Part shown: piece after piece, positions 31,085-40,564 of the stretch
Layout of the letters: the number at the start of each line of letters is the position of its first letter
Position numbering within the stretch: position 1 is the first letter of the stretch
Source of the DNA: Candidatus Latescibacterota bacterium
Lineage (GTDB): Bacteria > Latescibacterota > UBA2968 > UBA8231
NCBI GenBank assembly: GCA_965261395.1
Contig: OZ253462.1
Coordinates: 2,016,001-2,080,000 of the forward strand
Direction of reading: 5' to 3'
Length of the DNA: 64,000 bases
Position numbers and translations under genes: made by a program
The notes under the pieces: model-generated
Seen by the model: the letters and a program-made list of their open reading frames with translations, nothing else
The model's database searches: none
What the model was told of the DNA's origin: nothing

Positions 31085-31316
31085 TGCGGGTTGCTTGGAA
31101 TTCGAGACGGCTTAACCGCCGAATCACTCGCTCTTGCCCACTAAACGGGACGTGAGCAATTGAAGATTAGCGTTTGCCATAGACTCCCCAGATAAGCTTA
31201 TCTCGTAGAACTCGGCGTTGTGCCGGTCCCAAGCTAACGACCTTGCGCCCTTAGTTGCCCATAGAGACGCCATCGTCAAACCCTTAGAGACCTAGCTCCT
31301 TCACTCTCAAACGCTT

Positions 31317-32321
31317 ATGACCTCTCCCCTCCTCGACGTCCACGACCTGAGCGTGCGCATCACCCGCGACGAGGGCGTGGTGCGACCACTCAACGGAGTC
31401 AGCTTCCGCATCAACACCGGCCAAGCCGTGGGCATCGTCGGCGAAAGCGGTTGCGGCAAGACCATGACCTCCAACGCTCTGCTGCAGATTTTGCCGCCGG
31501 CAGCCGAGATTACCAGCGGCCACATCCGCTACCGCCGCAAGCTGGACGAACGCGAGATTGACCTCGCCGCGCTCGACGCGCACAGCGACGAGATGCATCA
31601 GATCAGAGGCGGCGACATTTCCATGATCTTCCAAGAACCAATGACCGCGTTCTCGCCGGTGCACACCATTGGCAACCAAATCGCCGAAATGATCCAACTC
31701 CACGACTCGCTATCCTCAGAAGCAACGCGGCAACGGGTCGTGGAGCTGTTGCACTTAGTCGGCATCTCCGATCCGCAGGACCGCGTCCACGACTATCCCT
31801 TCCAGCTTTCGGGCGGCATGCGCCAGCGGGCGATGATTGCCATGGCGCTGGCGAGTAATCCGCGGCTCTTGATCGCCGACGAGCCAACCACGGCACTCGA
31901 CGTGACCGTGCAGGCGCGAGTGCTCAAGCTGATCCAGCGGCTCCAGCGCGAGCTAGGGCTGGCGCTTATGCTGATTACTCACGATCTGGGCGTGATCGCG
32001 CACACGGTCGAATACGTCTATGTAATGTACATGGGGCGGATCGTCGAAGAGGGGCCAGTAGCCGCAATTTTCGACCGCCCGGCGCATCCTTATACTGCGG
32101 CCCTGTTGCAATCCATTCCCAGCCTGACGGGCAAACGCCGGCACATCGAGCCGATTGAGGGCAGCGTCCCCAGCGCGTACGCCCTGCCCGAGGGCTGTCC
32201 CTTTCACACCCGCTGTGCGCAAAAGGTCGGCTCCATCTGCCAGCAGCAAATGCCCGCGTCCGCGGAAGTGGGGCCGCATCACCGCGTCCGTTGTTTCATT
32301 CACACCCAAGAAGGGGACTAG
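31317..32321 (+). CDS. Peptide ABC transporter ATP-binding protein (OppD/DppD-like)
   Basis: [29 protein letters not shown] and GCPFHTRC. Confidence 0.95.
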   Translation: MTSPLLDVHDLSVRITRDEGVVRPLNGVSFRINTGQAVGIVGESGCGKTMTSNALLQILPPAAEITSGHIRYRRKLDEREIDLAALDAHSDEMHQIRGGDISMIFQEPMTAFSPVHTIGNQIAEMIQLHDSLSSEATRQRVVELLHLVGISDPQDRVHDYPFQLSGGMRQRAMIAMALASNPRLLIADEPTTALDVTVQARVLKLIQRLQRELGLALMLITHDLGVIAHTVEYVYVMYMGRIVEEGPVAAIFDRPAHPYTAALLQSIPSLTGKRRHIEPIEGSVPSAYALPEGCPFHTRCAQKVGSICQQQMPASAEVGPHHRVRCFIHTQEGD

Positions 32322-32325
32322 CCCA

Positions 32326-33339
32326 ATGATCAACGGGGCCGAAGATGCTCTCCTGCAAGTGCGGGGGTTAAAAAAGTACTTTCCCGTACACCGAGGACTT
32401 TTACAGCGCCAGACGGGTTTGATAAAGGCCGTGGATGGCGTCAGCTTCGCGCTCGCCCAAGGCAAAATTTTGGGGCTGGTTGGCGAGAGTGGTTGCGGCA
32501 AGACCACCACCGGGCGGATGATTCTCCGCGCCATAGACCCGACCGCCGGGGAGGTCCTCTTTCGGCAGCAGAGCGGGCAGGTCGTAGATATGGCCCAGCT
32601 CGGTCGCCGCCAAGTCGTCCAAGCCCGCCGGCAGATGCAGATGATTTTCCAAGACCCGTACTCGTCTCTAAATCCGCGGATGCCGGTGCGCGATCTAATC
32701 GCCGAACCGCTCCGGGCTTATGGCTGGTCGGCGCGCGACAGCCACGCGCGCGTGAGCGAGCTGATGGAGCGGGTGGGGCTAGACCCCCGATATGCGCGCC
32801 GCTATCCGCACGCCTTCTCGGGCGGCCAGCGACAGCGCATCGGCATTGCCCGCGCCTTGGCTTTGAGTCCGTCGCTCATCGTCGCCGACGAGCCAGTCTC
32901 CGCGCTCGACGTCAGCGTGCAAGCGCAGATTCTCAATTTGCTCCGCCAATTACAGGCCGATCTCGACCTCACCTTGCTCTTTATCGCCCACGACCTGAGC
33001 GTGGTGCGCTATCTCTGCGACGAAGTGGCCGTCATGTACCAAGGCCGGATCGTCGAACAGGCTGCAACCGAAACCCTCTTTACCCAACCGCAGCACCCCT
33101 ATACGGCCATGTTGCTAGAAGCCGCGCCCGCGCCCGACCCCCACGCCCCGTGGATGGAAGCCGACGAAGACGTTAGCGAGGCGGGCGAGCCGACGCCAGC
33201 CAGCGACCAAGGGTGTGCCTTCGCGCCGCGCTGCCGCTACCAAAGCGACTTGTGCAACCAGCAGATGCCCGCGCTGGAGGGTGAGTCGCATCTGGCCGCC
33301 TGTCACCACAAAGACGAGTTGGAACTGCAGGGCGTGTAG
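32326..33339 (+). CDS. Peptide ABC transporter ATP-binding protein (OppF/DppF-like)
   Basis: [33 protein letters not shown] and GCAFAPRC. Confidence 0.95.
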   Translation: MINGAEDALLQVRGLKKYFPVHRGLLQRQTGLIKAVDGVSFALAQGKILGLVGESGCGKTTTGRMILRAIDPTAGEVLFRQQSGQVVDMAQLGRRQVVQARRQMQMIFQDPYSSLNPRMPVRDLIAEPLRAYGWSARDSHARVSELMERVGLDPRYARRYPHAFSGGQRQRIGIARALALSPSLIVADEPVSALDVSVQAQILNLLRQLQADLDLTLLFIAHDLSVVRYLCDEVAVMYQGRIVEQAATETLFTQPQHPYTAMLLEAAPAPDPHAPWMEADEDVSEAGEPTPASDQGCAFAPRCRYQSDLCNQQMPALEGESHLAACHHKDELELQGV

Positions 33340-33354
33340 TATTGGGAGTTGCGC

Positions 33355-34167
33355 TTATCTTGCCGCGTGATACGGTTCCGCGTCGAATCCCGGATACCGC
33401 GTCGCCATCCCCGCGATAAATTCTTCCGTCCACAGCGCGTCGCCCGGCGGTGGGAAGCCCAGTAGTTCGCGCTGACGCGGAGTGGCTTCAGCCATGAAGC
33501 GATGCATGGCTGCGCCTTGGGCACCGCTTTTGTACGTGAAGGTGCGACCGCCGTCCCAGGGGCGATCTTTGCGGGTGAAGCCCACCCACATGACCGGTCG
33601 GTGCCCTGCTGGCGCGGTGAAATCAGAGGCGGCGTGGCGGGTGAAGACGCTGTAGAGGCACACCGAGCCGCCGGGGACGATCATTGGCACGGCTTCCTCT
33701 TCGGGACGGCCATTGGGCACCATGCGGATTGGGGCCATGCCCACCTCGACGTCGTCGAAGCAGTAGAAACAGACCAAGTTCATAAAGTCGTCTGGCTCGA
33801 TGATCGGCCCCAATGTGTTGTTGCCGTAGTCGATGTGAAAATTGGTCCCGTATTCCTCGCTGGCGTATTTCATGCCTAGGTGGCCCTCGCAGAGGCGAAT
33901 CTCGCGGGTGCCTAAGACGCGCTCGGCCGCGTCAATCAGATCGGGATGAACGGTGACGTGATTGAGGCCGGAGTGGTCCCAAGGGAAGAGTATTTGCTGG
34001 GGGGTGTCGTTGCGGCGGTCGTTAGCTAGGTATTGGTCGTAGGGCGGGGCGAAATGGGTAAAGAAGCCGTCGAGCGCGGCTTGCTGCTCGTCTTTGGTGA
34101 GGAAGTTCTCGACGATCAGGAAGCCCTGTTCTTTGTACGTAGCGAGTTGGGCGTCGGTGATGTGCAT
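33355..34167 (-). CDS. Phytanoyl-CoA dioxygenase (PhyH) family Fe/2OG enzyme
   Basis: YKEQGFLIVENFL start, HxD (FHID) and a distal His (TRHAAS). Confidence 0.85.
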   Translation of the reverse strand: MHITDAQLATYKEQGFLIVENFLTKDEQQAALDGFFTHFAPPYDQYLANDRRNDTPQQILFPWDHSGLNHVTVHPDLIDAAERVLGTREIRLCEGHLGMKYASEEYGTNFHIDYGNNTLGPIIEPDDFMNLVCFYCFDDVEVGMAPIRMVPNGRPEEEAVPMIVPGGSVCLYSVFTRHAASDFTAPAGHRPVMWVGFTRKDRPWDGGRTFTYKSGAQGAAMHRFMAEATPRQRELLGFPPPGDALWTEEFIAGMATRYPGFDAEPYHAAR

Positions 34168-34197
34168 GAGAATTTCTGCGTATTTAAGAAGCCGCTA

Positions 34198-35109
34198 CTA
34201 CTTGTCGGCGTAGATCTCAATGACGCTTTTGAGCAAGGCTAGTGCTCCTTCGCGCTCGCGCTGGAAGGCGTTGCGGCCGATGATCGAGCCAAAGCCGCCG
34301 CCATCGCGGATGCCAGTGATTTCTTCGATGATCTCGGCTTCGCCTTTGGCCGCTCCCCCCGAAAAGATCACCACGCGCCGCCCATTGAACGCCGATTGCA
34401 CCACGTGGCTCACGCACTCGGCCAAGGTGCTGGCCGGCACATCCGCATACGCCTTGCGGGCCTCGTCCTGCTCAATGTGAGCCGTAGGCGGTTTGACCTT
34501 GATAATATGGGCCCCTAGCTGGGCGGCGATTTGGGCGGCGTACGCGGTGACGTCGAGCGCGGTCTCCCCGTCCTTGCTCAAGTCCGCGCCGCGCGGATAG
34601 GACCAGACCACCACGACCAAACCGTACCGCTTGGCCTCTTCGGCCAGGGCTTGCAGCTTTTCGTACATCTCCTGCCGCAGGGCCGAACCCGGATAGACCG
34701 TGTAGCCGATGCCAACACAACCTAAGCGTAGAGCGGCAGCGATCGAGCCGGTGAGCGACTGGGTGGGGTCTGCGTCGGAGTGGAGGTTTTCGCGGTTGTT
34801 GAGCTTGAGGATCAGCGGCAGATCACCCGCGTAGTCGCGCGCGCCCGCTTCGAGGAACCCGAGCGGGGCGGCGTATGCACTGAGGCCGGCTTCGATGGCC
34901 AGTTCAAAGTGATAGCGCGGATCGTACGCGGGCGGGTTGGGGGCGAAACTGCGCCCAGGGCCATGCTCGACGCCCTGATCTACGGGCAGGATGACCAGTT
35001 TGCCCGTGCCGCCGAGCGCGCCGTGGTTGAGCAGGCGTGCCAAGTTGGTCAAGGTGCCAGGGTTGTCGCTGCCATACCAGTTTAGAATTTCGCGGATGCG
35101 CTCTTGCAT
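34198..35109 (-). CDS. fbaB: Class I fructose-bisphosphate aldolase
   Basis: ILPVDQGVEHGP, YAAPLG, WSYPRG, AHIIKVKPP and GSIIGRNAFQR. Confidence 0.93.
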   Translation of the reverse strand: MQERIREILNWYGSDNPGTLTNLARLLNHGALGGTGKLVILPVDQGVEHGPGRSFAPNPPAYDPRYHFELAIEAGLSAYAAPLGFLEAGARDYAGDLPLILKLNNRENLHSDADPTQSLTGSIAAALRLGCVGIGYTVYPGSALRQEMYEKLQALAEEAKRYGLVVVVWSYPRGADLSKDGETALDVTAYAAQIAAQLGAHIIKVKPPTAHIEQDEARKAYADVPASTLAECVSHVVQSAFNGRRVVIFSGGAAKGEAEIIEEITGIRDGGGFGSIIGRNAFQREREGALALLKSVIEIYADK

Positions 35110-35196
35110 TTTATACCTTTCTCGCATGTGAGGAGTAGGAATTGACAAAAGAAAAGCTCCTCAACCGCGCAAAGCGCGCTCAAGGAGCTGGCAAAA

Positions 35197-35273
35197 TGGC
35201 GGGGACGACGAGACTCGAACTCGCGACCTTCGGCGTGACAGGCCGACGTTCTAACCAACTGAACTACGCCCCC
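35197..35273 (-). tRNA. tRNA-Asp(GTC)
   Basis: GGGGGCGTAGTTCAGTTGGTTAGAACGTCGGCCT-GTC-ACGCCGAAGGTCGCGAGTTCGAGTCTCGTCGTCCCCGCCA forms a cloverleaf with encoded CCA. Confidence 0.97.
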
Positions 35274-35302
35274 ATTGCTTGAAGTGAAAGGTAAGAGCCA
35301 GA

Positions 35303-35842
35303 CTAAGTAATGTCAATGGCCGAGGCGCTGGCCTGCGCGGCACTCTCTTTTTTTAACCGCTTGAGCGCGCCGCGCATGAGCTGGCGCTTGAGAGGGCTGA
35401 GGTAGTCGATGAAGAGCTTGCCGTCGAGGTGGTCGATTTCGTGCTGGAGGGCGCGGGCGTAAAAACCCTCGCCCGAGGTTTTGAAGGACAGGCCATCCAA
35501 GCCAATGGCCTCGACTTCGACCCAAGCGTAGCGCTTGACATCGCCGTACAGGTCGGGAAAGCTCAGGCACCCCTCCTCGCCAACTTGCTCGCCCTCGTGG
35601 TCCGTGATCTTGGGATTGATTAAGGCCACGGGCTGGCAGTTCGGCTGATGAGCGGTAACATCGACGACGCATACCCGCTTGAGGACGCCGATCTGCGGGG
35701 CGGCAAGCCCGACCCCGGACGCGGCGTGCATGGAGTCGAAGAGGTCGGCGACGAGTGCGCGGATGGCGTCATCCACCACTGCGACCGGAGCACACGGCTG
35801 GCGGAGGCACTGCGCCCCGAACAGCGCAATTTCGCGTTTCAT
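35303..35842 (-). CDS. def: Peptide deformylase
   Basis: GVGLAAPQIG, EGCLS and QHEIDHLDG. Confidence 0.96.
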   Translation of the reverse strand: MKREIALFGAQCLRQPCAPVAVVDDAIRALVADLFDSMHAASGVGLAAPQIGVLKRVCVVDVTAHQPNCQPVALINPKITDHEGEQVGEEGCLSFPDLYGDVKRYAWVEVEAIGLDGLSFKTSGEGFYARALQHEIDHLDGKLFIDYLSPLKRQLMRGALKRLKKESAAQASASAIDIT

Positions 35843-36891
35843 GCCTCCAAGGGGTCCAATTCGAGGGCAATATAGCGCAGGCCCAAGTCGGCAAAAGCGG
35901 CCACTAGGGCCGAGCGCAGCGGGGCCGCAGCGAGGCGGGCGATGCCTGCTGCGGGCAAGCGCAGAACGAGCATCTGGTCGCGCTGCTCGTACGCGGCCGG
36001 CAGTAGCGAATGCGCTGCGAGCAGCGGATTGACCCGCGCAAACAGCGGCTCGTCGGCACCCGCTGAGTCAGCGATGGAGAGCAGCGCCTCGTTCATGCTG
36101 CCGGAGCGGAAGCCGCACAGATCGACGGTAGTTTGCAGATAGCCAATCTCCCGAAAGCGCTCTAGCAAAGACCGACGCGCACTCGGGTCGCCCAGCAGGC
36201 GCGTCAAATCCTCAGCGGGCAACTCAATGCGCGACAGCGTCTCGTGGTGGCGGGCGCGGACCTGGGCAAAGCCGCAGACCTCGTGCATATAGCGCTCGGC
36301 GCAGTCGATTTGGCGCAGGCCCTCGGCGGTGACTGGCGTGCCGTAGGGGAAGCGCGACGAGAGGCAGGCCATGGCCGGACGATCCCACACCGCCAGCCCC
36401 CAGCGTTTCGCTAGGGCGCGCACATCGTCCTTGGTAAGGCCCGCTTCGGCTAAGGGTGCGTGTACTCCGCGCTCACGGGCAGCAGCAGCCCCAGGGCGGA
36501 AATCGCCGGTGTCGTCGGCGTTTTGGCCGTAGAGGATGTAATCGACATTGAGGGTCCGCGCTAGCTGCTCCATGTGGACGAAAAGCTCCTGCTTGCAGTA
36601 GTAGCAGCGATTGGGCGCGTTTTTAGCGTAGTCGGGATTGTCCAACTCGCGGGTCTTGACCACTTCGTGGCGGATGCCAAACTCGCGGGTGATCTCGGCA
36701 GCCTTCTCTAGCTCGCCGGTGGCGTAGCTCTCAGAGTCCGCGGTGACGCAGATGGCCCCCTCGCCCAAGACCCGCTGGGCAGCTACCGCCAGCATGGCGC
36801 TATCAACCCCCCCCGAATAGCCGATCAGCACCTGCCCCATGGGGCGCAGAATTTCTTCAAGGTGAGCTAGTTTTTCGTCTAGGGAAAGCAT
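35839..36891 (-). CDS. larE: LarE-family ATP-dependent sulfur transferase (PP-loop)
   Basis: YSGGVDS, NRCYYCK, RPG..AA, ACLSSRFPYG and GFRSGSMN, plus an extra C-terminal domain. Confidence 0.88.
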   Translation of the reverse strand: MLSLDEKLAHLEEILRPMGQVLIGYSGGVDSAMLAVAAQRVLGEGAICVTADSESYATGELEKAAEITREFGIRHEVVKTRELDNPDYAKNAPNRCYYCKQELFVHMEQLARTLNVDYILYGQNADDTGDFRPGAAAARERGVHAPLAEAGLTKDDVRALAKRWGLAVWDRPAMACLSSRFPYGTPVTAEGLRQIDCAERYMHEVCGFAQVRARHHETLSRIELPAEDLTRLLGDPSARRSLLERFREIGYLQTTVDLCGFRSGSMNEALLSIADSAGADEPLFARVNPLLAAHSLLPAAYEQRDQMLVLRLPAAGIARLAAAPLRSALVAAFADLGLRYIALELDPLEA

Positions 36892-36896
36892 AGGAA

Positions 36897-38345
36897 TCAG
36901 AAGGAAGATTTTTCCGCGGACGTGGCGCAGGGCATGATCGCAGCGTCAACCATGCCGTGCAAGATCTTCTTGTCGGCCGGGAAAACTAGAGCTTGGATAC
37001 CGCACAGGCGCGGCACATCGCCGATGACGTAGTAATAAGGACGCAGCATCACCCGACCCCGCATAGGCACGAGCTCGTCGCGATAAAAGTCGTAGTAGCG
37101 CACACTGCGACGGGCGGCCTTGTGAAACTCCTGCAAGATATAGGGCTGGTGTGCAAAGCGGTCGAGGGCCTCTTGCACGCGGTCGGCCCACTCGGCTTCG
37201 GACAGGTCGTGGCCGATGGACACGCCCTTGCTTTCATACGCTAGGTTGGAAAAACCCGAGGGCTTGAGCACGAGCTCGCGCTGCTTTTTGGTTAGCTGCT
37301 TCAACTGCTGCCAGTCGCCGACGGGTTGGCCGCCAATGTCGAGGCCGGGAATGATGGCGTGGGGTGGCAGCGGCCGCGCATCGACAATCCACGAGCGCGG
37401 GATCAGGCTGCCCAAGGCGGCAAATGGCTCCTTGCCCAAGGTGCGACGCCAATAGGATTTGAGCGCGGGGTGGTGGTAGAATGCCAGCCAGAGCTTTTCT
37501 TCGAGATATGCCTTCGGCGGCGGAGTCAAACACAAGGCGTTTTTCTTGGTGAAATAGGCAAAAAGCTCGGCCTTGGGGATGTTTTTGAGGTCGAACAGCT
37601 CAAAGAAGCGATAGGCCGCGTCGATGCGCCAGGGGGTTGGCTCGTCAGCACCTTGGAGGAAGAGGCCATTTTCGTCAAAGCGGGCCTCGCGCGGATGGGC
37701 ACTGCGGGCCGGTTTGCCGGCTGCCTGCAAGCGCTCGACCAGCCATTCCATTTCTCGGCGATAGGCCTCGGACTCGTCCGAGACGAAGAGGGCGAAATGC
37801 GGCTCGGCGACCTTGGTGGTAGCGGCAATGGCTTCGTAGAATGGGTCAATCAGGCCACGGGCACCGCCGATGATGTCGTAGCCGAGGTCCGCATAGACCT
37901 CCGAGACTTGGGCGGTGAAGCCCATGCCGCCGGGAATGGCGTCTAGCTCGACCAGCTTGAAGCCGTCCTCGGTGAGCAGCAGGTCCGGACGAATGACCAA
38001 GGGCAACTGGGACTTGATGCGATTCCAGAGGCCCATTTCGCGCACGGCACTGGGTTTGCCCAAGTCCAAGTACTCGTGAATCCAAGGCGGCTCGACGCCC
38101 TTGACGCTTTGGTGGTAGAGCTGGTTGGAGGCCTTGTAAAACTGATGGAGGACGCCGCCGAGTTGGTCTAGGTAGCGGTGTTGCGCTGGCGACAGCCAGA
38201 AAGGCTCCGGAGCAATGCGCCAAGGCAGATTACTGTCCGGGTGTAGATGGGTGCGGTCGCCTTCAAAAAGGCCGCCGGCGGGACAATGGGCGTTTATGTG
38301 GAGGCAGAGCGCTTTGAGATCGGATGCGGTACTCGGGAGGGACAT
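36897..38345 (-). CDS. Circularly permuted ATP-grasp / glutathionylspermidine-synthase-like ligase
   Basis: IRPDLLL...F...ELD..PGG.G, YRFFELFD, LVLKPSG and YILQEF. Confidence 0.65.
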   Translation of the reverse strand: MSLPSTASDLKALCLHINAHCPAGGLFEGDRTHLHPDSNLPWRIAPEPFWLSPAQHRYLDQLGGVLHQFYKASNQLYHQSVKGVEPPWIHEYLDLGKPSAVREMGLWNRIKSQLPLVIRPDLLLTEDGFKLVELDAIPGGMGFTAQVSEVYADLGYDIIGGARGLIDPFYEAIAATTKVAEPHFALFVSDESEAYRREMEWLVERLQAAGKPARSAHPREARFDENGLFLQGADEPTPWRIDAAYRFFELFDLKNIPKAELFAYFTKKNALCLTPPPKAYLEEKLWLAFYHHPALKSYWRRTLGKEPFAALGSLIPRSWIVDARPLPPHAIIPGLDIGGQPVGDWQQLKQLTKKQRELVLKPSGFSNLAYESKGVSIGHDLSEAEWADRVQEALDRFAHQPYILQEFHKAARRSVRYYDFYRDELVPMRGRVMLRPYYYVIGDVPRLCGIQALVFPADKKILHGMVDAAIMPCATSAEKSSF

Positions 38346-38476
38346 CGAATAGGCTCTCTAAGATGTATGCACACCAATTTAGGACAAATGGTACGCTAGG
38401 TCAACGACGGGCCTGTTGACCTTTGGCAAGACCAAGCTCGCACCGCATATTTGCTCGGGCGACGAAGGAGCGCGAT

Positions 38477-39307
38477 ATGGAGTTGACAGACAGGCGTTGT
38501 TTAGTGACCGGCGGGGGGCGCGGCATTGGCCGGGCCATTGCCTTGGCCTTGGCGCGGGAAGGGGCACACGTAGCGATTTTGGCCCGCACTGGATCAGAGC
38601 TGGACGAGACGGCCACGCTTTTGGACGACCACGGCCAAGCGGCGTTGAAATTGCGGGTGGATGTGGGGCGGCGCGAGGAAGTAGACGCGGCCATTGAGCA
38701 CGTGCTCGCAGCTTGGGGTGGGATCGATGTGCTGGTCAACAACGCGGGGATTCAGGGGCCTATAGGGCGGATGGAAGAGGTCGATCCAGAGGCTTGGATG
38801 CGGGTGGTGCAGGTCAATCTCGGCGGCTATTTCTACTGCACCCGCAAGGTCTTGCCGGCCATGATCGCCCAGCACTACGGCAAGATCATCAACCTCTCGG
38901 GTGGCGGCGCGGTGGGGCCGCGGCCCTTCTTTAGCGCGTATAGCGCCTCCAAGGCCGGTGTCGTGCGCTTTAGCGAAAATTTGGCCGGAGAAGTGGCTGA
39001 GCACGGCATTGCCGTCAACGCCATTGCCCCTGGAGCGGTCAACACGCGGATGCTCGACCAGCGGATAGCGGCCGGCGCAGCCGTGAGCGCAGAGGAACGG
39101 GAGCGGGATCGGTGCCTGCTGCGCGAGGGCGACGCTACGGGCGAGCGAGCGGCCGCACTGGCGGTCTATCTAGCCTCGGCGCGCTCAGACGGGCTGACGG
39201 GGCGGTTGCTGTCAGCGGTTTGGGATTCGTGGGAAACCCTCGATGTCGAGGCGACCATGGCCACGGAGGCCTTTGCGGTGCGACGCGTACCACAGCAGGA
39301 GGGCTGA
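38477..39307 (+). CDS. Short-chain dehydrogenase/reductase
   Basis: TGGGRGIG, NNAGIQGPIG and YSASK; RBS AAGGAG. Confidence 0.92.
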   Translation: MELTDRRCLVTGGGRGIGRAIALALAREGAHVAILARTGSELDETATLLDDHGQAALKLRVDVGRREEVDAAIEHVLAAWGGIDVLVNNAGIQGPIGRMEEVDPEAWMRVVQVNLGGYFYCTRKVLPAMIAQHYGKIINLSGGGAVGPRPFFSAYSASKAGVVRFSENLAGEVAEHGIAVNAIAPGAVNTRMLDQRIAAGAAVSAEERERDRCLLREGDATGERAAALAVYLASARSDGLTGRLLSAVWDSWETLDVEATMATEAFAVRRVPQQEG

Positions 39308-40327
39308 GTGTATAAGGTGGGAATCATCGGAGCGGGGCGCATGGGGCGGCGGCGGGCGGCCACGGCCCATGCCCATCCCGCGTCTGTAGTGGCACTAATC
39401 TACGACGAGCGCGCGTCCGCCGCGGCCGAACTAGCCGCTGAATGCGGGGCCACGGTCGCGGCTTCACGGGAGGAGCTAGTCGCGGCCGATCTCGATATCG
39501 CGGTAGTCGCGACGACGCACGACGCATTGGCCCCCATCAGCACCGCCGCCCTCTTGGCCGGCAAACACGTCTTGTGCGAAAAGCCGCTGGGGCGCAACCC
39601 CCAGGAAGCCCGACAGGCCGTCGCAGCAGCCGAGCGGAGCGGGCGCGTGCTCAAGGTCGGCTACAACCACCGCTATCACCCCGCCATCCAAAAGCTGCAC
39701 GAGGTTTGCACAACAGGTGAGATCGGCCCGCTGCTGAGCATCCGGGCACGCTATGGCCACGGCGGGCGGCCCGGCTACGACCGCGAGTGGCGGACCAATC
39801 CAGAGAAGGCGGGTGGCGGCGAGCTTTTGGACCAAGGGGCGCATCTAATCGACTTGGCCAAGTGGATCTTGGGGGACTTTGCCGAAGTCACAGGCTATGC
39901 CGAGACCCACTTCTGGGACTCGCCCGTAGAGGACAACGCCTACGGACTCTTTCGCACGGCCACCGGGCAGATCGCCTCGCTGCACGCGAGTTGGACGCAG
40001 TGGAAAAACCTCTTCAGCTTCGAGGTTTTCGGACGTGATGGCTACGTCTGCGCCGAGGGTTTGGGGGGGGGCTACGGGCCAGAATGCGCCGTAGTAGGGC
40101 GGCGCATTCCCCAAGGCGGCGCGCCGGACATCAAGCACTTTGATTACCCGGACGAGGATCGCTCGTGGGAGTTGGAGTGGGCCGATTTTTTGCGCGGCCT
40201 AGCCGGCGTGGGCACTCCCCATTCGCTCGGGCGGGAGGCTTTGGAGACTATCGAGTGGATTTACCGGCTCTACCGGGCTGCTGCCGATGGGCGCTCCGTG
40301 CGGCGGGAAGAATCTCTAACCATATAG
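39308..40327 (+). CDS. Gfo/Idh/MocA family oxidoreductase
   Basis: GIIGAGRMG, HVLCEKP and GGGELLDQGAHLID. Confidence 0.92.
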   Translation: MYKVGIIGAGRMGRRRAATAHAHPASVVALIYDERASAAAELAAECGATVAASREELVAADLDIAVVATTHDALAPISTAALLAGKHVLCEKPLGRNPQEARQAVAAAERSGRVLKVGYNHRYHPAIQKLHEVCTTGEIGPLLSIRARYGHGGRPGYDREWRTNPEKAGGGELLDQGAHLIDLAKWILGDFAEVTGYAETHFWDSPVEDNAYGLFRTATGQIASLHASWTQWKNLFSFEVFGRDGYVCAEGLGGGYGPECAVVGRRIPQGGAPDIKHFDYPDEDRSWELEWADFLRGLAGVGTPHSLGREALETIEWIYRLYRAAADGRSVRREESLTI

Positions 40328-40564
40328 AAAAAAATGAGTTACGAACAGCACAATCGCCGTGCCTCTCGGTGCGGCGGTTATTTTTTTTCGCGCACGTTAT
40401 TTTTTTGAAAATTTTTCGCGAAAATTTCTTACCATATAGACAGCTAGACGGCAAACACTACTTTTTTGTTACGATAGAAAGGACGGGAACCCTTTAGACG
40501 AAGTGAAGCACTCTAAACCCTTTATTTACCGCATCTCAGAGACCCTTAACCCGCAGGAAGTGCT

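Larger units (their letters stand above)
30319..31170 (+). repeat. 16-bp direct repeats flanking vapBC
   Basis: AGCAATTGAAGACTAG (30319-30334) and AGCAATTGAAGATTAG (31155-31170), 15/16 identical. Confidence 0.75.
25173..31316. mobile_element. Accessory island inserted inside the peptide ABC operon
   Basis: Separates the permeases from the ATPases. Has an AT-rich core with an MTase, a large hypothetical protein and TA genes, all on the + strand. No integrase is visible, and the boundaries are approximate. Confidence 0.7.

Noticed and set aside
25170-31258. TAGTTGC at both island ends as a target-site duplication
   Set aside because: It is only 7 bp and could be chance; not supportable without an empty-site comparison.
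35197-35273. tRNA-Asp as an integration site for an island
   Set aside because: I saw no duplicated tRNA 3' end or integrase, and the neighbours are housekeeping genes.
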